Part shown: piece by piece, positions 59,427 to 64,000 of the stretch
How the letters are laid out: each line of letters opens with the position of its first letter
Numbering within the stretch: the stretch's first letter is position 1
Source: Anaerolineae bacterium
GTDB taxonomy: Bacteria; Chloroflexota; Anaerolineae; B4-G1; DUEL01
Length of the DNA: 64,000 nt
NCBI GenBank assembly: GCA_036172315.1
Contig: JASFBC010000018.1
Span: 246 to 64,245 of the forward strand
Direction: 5' to 3'
The notes under the pieces: model-generated
Told to the model about the DNA's origin: nothing
The model's database searches: none
What the model saw: only the letters and a program-made list of their open reading frames with translations
Position numbers and translations under genes: made by a program

Positions 59427-61022
59427 ATGTTCTTCAATTATTGGATTCGCCAGCGGGACTACCTGCTGAAAATCAGTCGGGCACTGACTGCCCAACTGGA
59501 CCTGGATACCGTCCTGGCCGAAGTGCTTAAGGCGGCCATGGAGATGTTGGGCGGGCAGGCGGCCCTCATCGCCGTTCGGGAGACAGACGGTCGGTTCACC
59601 ATTCGGGCCGCGCGCGGCTTCCCTCTCCGACTCCAGGACTACTTCTCTCTCCTGTTGATGGACATCCCCAACCAGGTGGACCCGTTTCTTTTCCGAATTC
59701 CCAACCTGGAAGCGAAACTGGCGGAGGTCGCCCTGCGGACTGGCCTTCCCTTCAGCCAGGTCATCGCCCTTCCGATGAGAATCGGGCAGGAACTGATCGG
59801 TGTCCTCTACGTCATCCGGGCCTACGGCGCGGCCTTCACGGCAGACGACCGGGAGGTCCTGGCCAGTTTCGCCGACCAGGCCGCCATCGCCGTCCACAAT
59901 GCCCAGTTGTACCAGCGGCTGGCTCAGGAGAAGCGCCGCCTGGACGCCATCCTGGAATCCAGCGCCGACGGGGTGATGATTCTGGACCCCGGGCAGCGCA
60001 TCACCGTTTTTAACCGGGCGCTGGCGGAGATGACCGGCTGGTCGGCCGCCGAGGCCATCGGCCGCCACCACGACGAGGTCATCCAGTGGGCCCGGCGGGA
60101 TACGGAGATGGACCTGAGCCGGGCCACCGCAGGCGGCTGGCCCCTGGCCCATTCGCGGGGGAAGGCCGTCCTCTACGTGGAGGGAGACCTGCGCCGCCGG
60201 ACCGGAGGCGTCCTCAGCGTGGGCATCACCTATGCCCCCCTCCTGGACCGGGAGGGGAAACTGGTCAACATCATTGCCAACGTGCGGGACATCACCCGTT
60301 TCCGGGAGGCGGACCGGCTCAAATCCACCTTCGTCTCCGTCGTCTCCCATGAACTGAAGACACCAGTGGCGACGATTCTGGGGTACGCCGAAACCCTGGC
60401 CCGCCCGGATGCCCAGTGGGACCCGGAGACGGTCCGGGAACTGGCCGAGGGCATCCAGGAGGAGGCCCAGCGGTTGAACCGTCTGATTACCGACCTTCTG
60501 GATGCTTCCCGCATCCAGGCCCGGGCATTGCCGCTCCGGCAGGAGGAGGTGGACCTGGAGATGCTGGCCCAGCGGGTCATCCAGCGGTTCCGTCCCCAGA
60601 CCGACCGGCACGACATCGCCGTCCGTTTTCCGCCAGACTTCCCCATTGTCCAGGGGGACCCGATGCGCCTGGAGCAGGTGTTGAACAATCTGGTCTCCAA
60701 CGCCATCAAGTACTCGCCGGAGGGGGGACGGATCCGCATCCGGGGGGAGGTTCGGCCCGAGGAGGTGATAATTTCGGTGAGCGACGAAGGCATTGGCATC
60801 CCCGCGACGGAACAGGGGCGCATCTTTGATCCCTTCTACCGGGTGGACGAGGCGCCTGTCCGGCAGGCGGGTGGCGTTGGCCTGGGGCTCTATCTGGCCC
60901 GGGCGATTGTGGAGGCCCATGGGGGCCGCATCTGGGTGGAGAGCGAGCCGGGGAAAGGGGCCACCTTTTCTTTCAGCCTCCCACGCCCCCGGCACGACAG
61001 CCTCCCTGTGCCGTTCGGTTAA
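59427..61022 (+). CDS. Cytoplasmic sensor histidine kinase (GAF-PAS-HisKA-HATPase)
   Basis: H-box SHELKTPVATILGYAE, N-box NLVSNAIKYS, G-boxes DEGIGIP and GGVGLGLYLA. Confidence 0.85.
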   Translation: MFFNYWIRQRDYLLKISRALTAQLDLDTVLAEVLKAAMEMLGGQAALIAVRETDGRFTIRAARGFPLRLQDYFSLLLMDIPNQVDPFLFRIPNLEAKLAEVALRTGLPFSQVIALPMRIGQELIGVLYVIRAYGAAFTADDREVLASFADQAAIAVHNAQLYQRLAQEKRRLDAILESSADGVMILDPGQRITVFNRALAEMTGWSAAEAIGRHHDEVIQWARRDTEMDLSRATAGGWPLAHSRGKAVLYVEGDLRRRTGGVLSVGITYAPLLDREGKLVNIIANVRDITRFREADRLKSTFVSVVSHELKTPVATILGYAETLARPDAQWDPETVRELAEGIQEEAQRLNRLITDLLDASRIQARALPLRQEEVDLEMLAQRVIQRFRPQTDRHDIAVRFPPDFPIVQGDPMRLEQVLNNLVSNAIKYSPEGGRIRIRGEVRPEEVIISVSDEGIGIPATEQGRIFDPFYRVDEAPVRQAGGVGLGLYLARAIVEAHGGRIWVESEPGKGATFSFSLPRPRHDSLPVPFG

Positions 61023-61204
61023 ATCTCGTAACTACCCACCCTTCCCGGCGGTTTCGCCGCCAGGGGGTGAAGACCCAACCACCGCCCGGTAATTACGAAA
61101 ACAATGGCGACCGGATTGACGGATCATATCTGGACGCGGGATGAATCACTACTATGGGGAGTGACCACCCGGCCCGCATTCCAACGGTGATAGGTGATAA
61201 AGGA

Positions 61205-62707
61205 ATGAGCGACATCCCATCTGCCCGCGAGACCAGCCAGGCCCGCTGGTTCCGTCAGTCCTGGCTTCTGATGGGGCGGGAACTGCGGGATTATCTGCGG
61301 GACTGGCGCATTCTGTTCCCTATCTTCGCCCTGACCCTCCTGTTTCCCCTCGTGATGCGCTTCGTGACGGGCTATCTGGAGGGTTCCTTCTATGAACAGT
61401 GGGGGGCAGAAGGGGTAACAACCCGCCTGCTTCCCCTTATGATCCTGCTGGTGGGATTTGTCCCCGTCTCCATCTCCCTGGTCATCGCTCTGGAAGCCTT
61501 CGTGGGGGAAAAGGAGCGGATGAGCCTGGAGCCGCTTCTGGCGACACCGCTCTCCGACCTTCAACTGTATCTGGGAAAGATGGCGGCAGCGCTGGTCCTC
61601 CCGCTGATGGCCAGCACCGTCGGCATCGCTTTCTATCTGCTCATCCTGCCGATAGAGGCCCGTCCGACCCCCATGACCCTGCTTCAGGTCTTCCTTTTAA
61701 CAGTCGGCAAGGCCCTGGTGATGGTCTCCGCCGCCGTCATCGCCTCCAGCCAGACCACCAGCGTCCGGGCGGCCAATCTTCTGGCCAGTTTCATCATCAT
61801 TCCGATGGCCTTGTTGCTCCAGCAGGAGAGCCTCATTCTTCTCCACAGCGGCAACCGGGTTCTGTGGTATATCCTGCTCTTTCTGCTGGTGGCAAACTTC
61901 ATGCTGGTCCGGATGGGGATTCGGCTCTTCAACCGGGAGGAATTGCTGGGGCGGGAAATTGACGAACTGAATCTGCGCAACATCTGGCGAATGTTTCGGC
62001 GGCATCTTGTCTGGGAGCGGTGGTTCTTCGGGTGGCCAACGGAGCGGTTCCCCCGTCCCCTGCGCTGGTTGAGCACCTGGACCGGGCTGTATCTGCGGGA
62101 GATTCCCCGGGTTCTGGCCCGTTCTCATCTGGCGCTCGCTTTGGTTCTGATCTCCCTGGCGGGCGCTGTGTGGGTGGGTTGGGAGGTCGCCATCCGCTTC
62201 CGGCTTCCGGCCGAATACATCCCGCTGGATCAGGTGACCGAAGAGACGTTTCGGCAGGCTTCGGCCATCTCCTGGCTACCCGCTTTTACCGTTTGGGGAG
62301 TCCTGAAGAATAACGTCCGTTCCCTCACACTGGCGGCCATCTTTGGGACCTTTTCCTTTGGGTCGCTGGCGATTATCCTGCTGATGGCCCCGGTTGCCAT
62401 CATTGCTTATGCTGCCTTCCAGGTCGCCTGGGCGGGATATGACCCGCTGATGTTTGTGCTGACGTTTGTCATGCCGCACGGCGTGCTGGAGATGCCCGCA
62501 GCCATCATCGCCACCGCGCTGGCGGTACGGCTGGGCGCGGTCCTCGTTGCCCCGCCCCGGGGGATGACGGTTGGGGAAGGATGGATGCAGGCTCTGGCCG
62601 ACTTCGTGAAGGTCTTTCTGGCCGTGGTGGTGCCTCTGCTGGCCCTGGCCGCCGCCGTGGAGGTTTCCCTCACACCGGCTCTCGTACTGGCCGTGTACGG
62701 GCAATAA
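61205..62707 (+). CDS. Polytopic membrane protein: ABC-2-like permease region fused to SpoIIM/DUF95-like C-terminal domain
   Basis: About 12 TM helices. The C-terminal PHGVLEMPAAIIATALAV resembles the SpoIIM (HG.hElPA) motif. Confidence 0.5.
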   Translation: MSDIPSARETSQARWFRQSWLLMGRELRDYLRDWRILFPIFALTLLFPLVMRFVTGYLEGSFYEQWGAEGVTTRLLPLMILLVGFVPVSISLVIALEAFVGEKERMSLEPLLATPLSDLQLYLGKMAAALVLPLMASTVGIAFYLLILPIEARPTPMTLLQVFLLTVGKALVMVSAAVIASSQTTSVRAANLLASFIIIPMALLLQQESLILLHSGNRVLWYILLFLLVANFMLVRMGIRLFNREELLGREIDELNLRNIWRMFRRHLVWERWFFGWPTERFPRPLRWLSTWTGLYLREIPRVLARSHLALALVLISLAGAVWVGWEVAIRFRLPAEYIPLDQVTEETFRQASAISWLPAFTVWGVLKNNVRSLTLAAIFGTFSFGSLAIILLMAPVAIIAYAAFQVAWAGYDPLMFVLTFVMPHGVLEMPAAIIATALAVRLGAVLVAPPRGMTVGEGWMQALADFVKVFLAVVVPLLALAAAVEVSLTPALVLAVYGQ

Positions 62708-62730
62708 CGAAAAGCATCCCCCCAGGCCCA

Positions 62731-62985
62731 TTATTGCCCCGCTGCTGCCTTTCTCAGCGCGTCCAGCGCCTCCCCGGCATCCTCCCCTTCGGCCCGGAGG
62801 GTGACCACCGCCCCCTGTTCCACCCCCAGGGCCAGCAGGCTCAGCAGGCTTTTCGCGTCCGCCTCCCGGCCGTTGTAGAGGACGCGCACCCGGCTGTGAA
62901 ACCGCCGCGCCGTCTGGACGAAGCGGGCCGCAGGACGGGCATGCAATCCCTCCGGGTGACCCACCGTCACTTCTATCTCCCGCAT
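62731..62985 (-). CDS. ptsH: Phosphocarrier protein HPr
   Basis: VTVGHPEGLHARPAARFV (active-site His in GLHARPA). 84 aa. Confidence 0.9.
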   Translation of the reverse strand: MREIEVTVGHPEGLHARPAARFVQTARRFHSRVRVLYNGREADAKSLLSLLALGVEQGAVVTLRAEGEDAGEALDALRKAAAGQ

Positions 62986-63016
62986 CGGATCACCCGCCAG
63001 TCCCCCCTGATCCGCA

Positions 63017-64000
63017 TCATCCCCCCAACAGTCCCACCCGAATCGCCTCGCCGGCCTCGTTCAGTCCCGGCCAGATGGGGTACGCGCTGAGGATGCCAAT
63101 GAGGATGATGGCGGCCATGATCCATGTGGGGGAGATATTCTTCCGGGCTACCAGCCACCACACCAGCAACACCAGTAGCAGAGGCAGTAAATTGGGCATC
63201 AGGCCATCCAGGATGGCCTGCAGGCGAAACGTACTGCCGCCGATTATGAAGGCCACCGGGGTGGAAAGGCGGACGAACTGGACCGCCAGCGCGCCCATAA
63301 TGAAATTGCCCAGCACTCCCGCGCCCAGAATGATGCGCGCAATAGCGCCGGTGCGGAGGATAGACGTCACGGCTGCGCGTCCTTGCACATATCCCTGCCA
63401 CCAGACCCACCATCCCACCCCCCAGACAAAGGTTGCGACCGCAACCAGGTAGAAGAGCGGGCCCAGGATGTTCCCCCGCGTCGCTGTGCCGATGGCCCCT
63501 CCGGTGGCGATTCCGATGCCCAGCGCCAGCGCAATAGGGATGACGATGCCCTGCTGAAGGGTGTCGCCGATGCCCGCCATCGGGCCCATCAGTCCGGTCT
63601 TGACCCCGTTGATGGCGTCGTCGCTAATGTCGGCCCCGGCGGCCCGTTCCTCCTCCATCGCGATGACGATGCCATGGATGATGCCGCCGATGTCCGGCTG
63701 GGTGTTGAAAAAGACCAGATGCCGTTTCAGGGCTGCGCGGATGTCCTCCTGCTTTTGGTACAGTTTCTCAATGATGGGCGTCATGCTGTGGGCGAAGCCC
63801 AGCCCCTGCATCCGCTCCCAGTTGTAGCAGGAGTGGGAGAAGAAGAGCCAGCGCAGCCATGCCCGGAAGACGTCCCGGCGGCTGAGCAGGCCTGGACCAG
63901 CCCGCCGCTCAGCGGCAGGCACCAGTTGCCCCCTATCATCCCGGGTCGTGAAGAAGACGTGGATATAGGCTACACAGGCGCCGACGATGGCCAGAACCAC
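63017..64000 (-). CDS. PTS mannose/fructose/sorbose-family EIID component (5' end/start beyond or near window edge)
   Basis: YNWERMQGLGFAHSMTPIIEKLY...HLVFFNTQP is the IID signature. The ORF is open to the window end. Confidence 0.65.
   Translation of the reverse strand: MVLAIVGACVAYIHVFFTTRDDRGQLVPAAERRAGPGLLSRRDVFRAWLRWLFFSHSCYNWERMQGLGFAHSMTPIIEKLYQKQEDIRAALKRHLVFFNTQPDIGGIIHGIVIAMEEERAAGADISDDAINGVKTGLMGPMAGIGDTLQQGIVIPIALALGIGIATGGAIGTATRGNILGPLFYLVAVATFVWGVGWWVWWQGYVQGRAAVTSILRTGAIARIILGAGVLGNFIMGALAVQFVRLSTPVAFIIGGSTFRLQAILDGLMPNLLPLLLVLLVWWLVARKNISPTWIMAAIILIGILSAYPIWPGLNEAGEAIRVGLLGG

Noticed and set aside
63880-64000. PTS IIC-IID fusion implied by the ORF staying open to the window edge
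   Set aside because: This cannot be decided from the window. The IID signature starts near 63880. The upstream open frame may simply be a non-coding read-through to a stop outside the window.

Overview
This is a high-GC chromosomal window, probably from a Chloroflexi-like or other high-GC bacterium, densely packed with housekeeping genes on both strands. The many long arginine/proline/glycine-rich ORFs in alternative frames are GC-composition artefacts and were not called.

Genes I can support from the sequence:
- lexA, driven by a consensus sigma70 promoter with an embedded GAAC-N4-GTTC SOS box, divergent from an M1 aminopeptidase gene.
- Two GAF/PAS sensor histidine kinases and two paralogous CBS-pair/ACT proteins.
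- glpD, an FAD-linked oxidase, and an LCP (LytR-CpsA-Psr) envelope protein.
- A minus-strand cell-envelope cluster: rmd-like reductase, gmd, glmM, a NurA-like protein, a PgpH-like 7TM-HD protein and a GH18 remnant.
- An amidase, deoC, lepB and a DUF523 protein.
- A YtrA-type gntR followed by SPFH, a small protein and a YhfC-like protease.
- nadC, and separately vapBC translationally coupled to nadB.
- rpsT, a polysaccharide deacetylase and two amidohydrolases.
- thrC, iscS, a toxin-antitoxin-like insert, then mnmA.
- ccdA, an ABC-2 exporter with a GNAT gene, a nucleotide-sugar dehydrogenase, a tungsten-type aldehyde:ferredoxin oxidoreductase with a CPBP protease, rsgA, a TPR protein, an M23 peptidase, ptsH and a partial PTS IID gene.

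The most unusual observations:
1. A single ORF fusing a MntA-like nucleotidyltransferase to a HepT-like HEPN domain sits between iscS and mnmA. It shares an ATGA overlap with mnmA and has no canonical start codon.
2. A RelE/ParE-family toxin carries two in-frame nonsense codons, next to an apparently frameshifted antitoxin.
3. vapBC is coupled to nadB through an ATGA overlap.
4. A gntR-SPFH-YhfC-like membrane module has a textbook promoter and a tandem operator-like repeat.
5. An FkbM methyltransferase is split by a frameshift.
6. There are several dispersed repeat families: a 20-bp REP-like hairpin array at four loci; a 37-bp tandem array plus a roughly 50-nt motif shared by the glmM and ABC-transporter leaders; and GACCAC-hexamer palindromes.
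7. glpD has no canonical start upstream of its FAD-binding motif.

No CRISPR array, rRNA, tRNA or obvious transposase was found.
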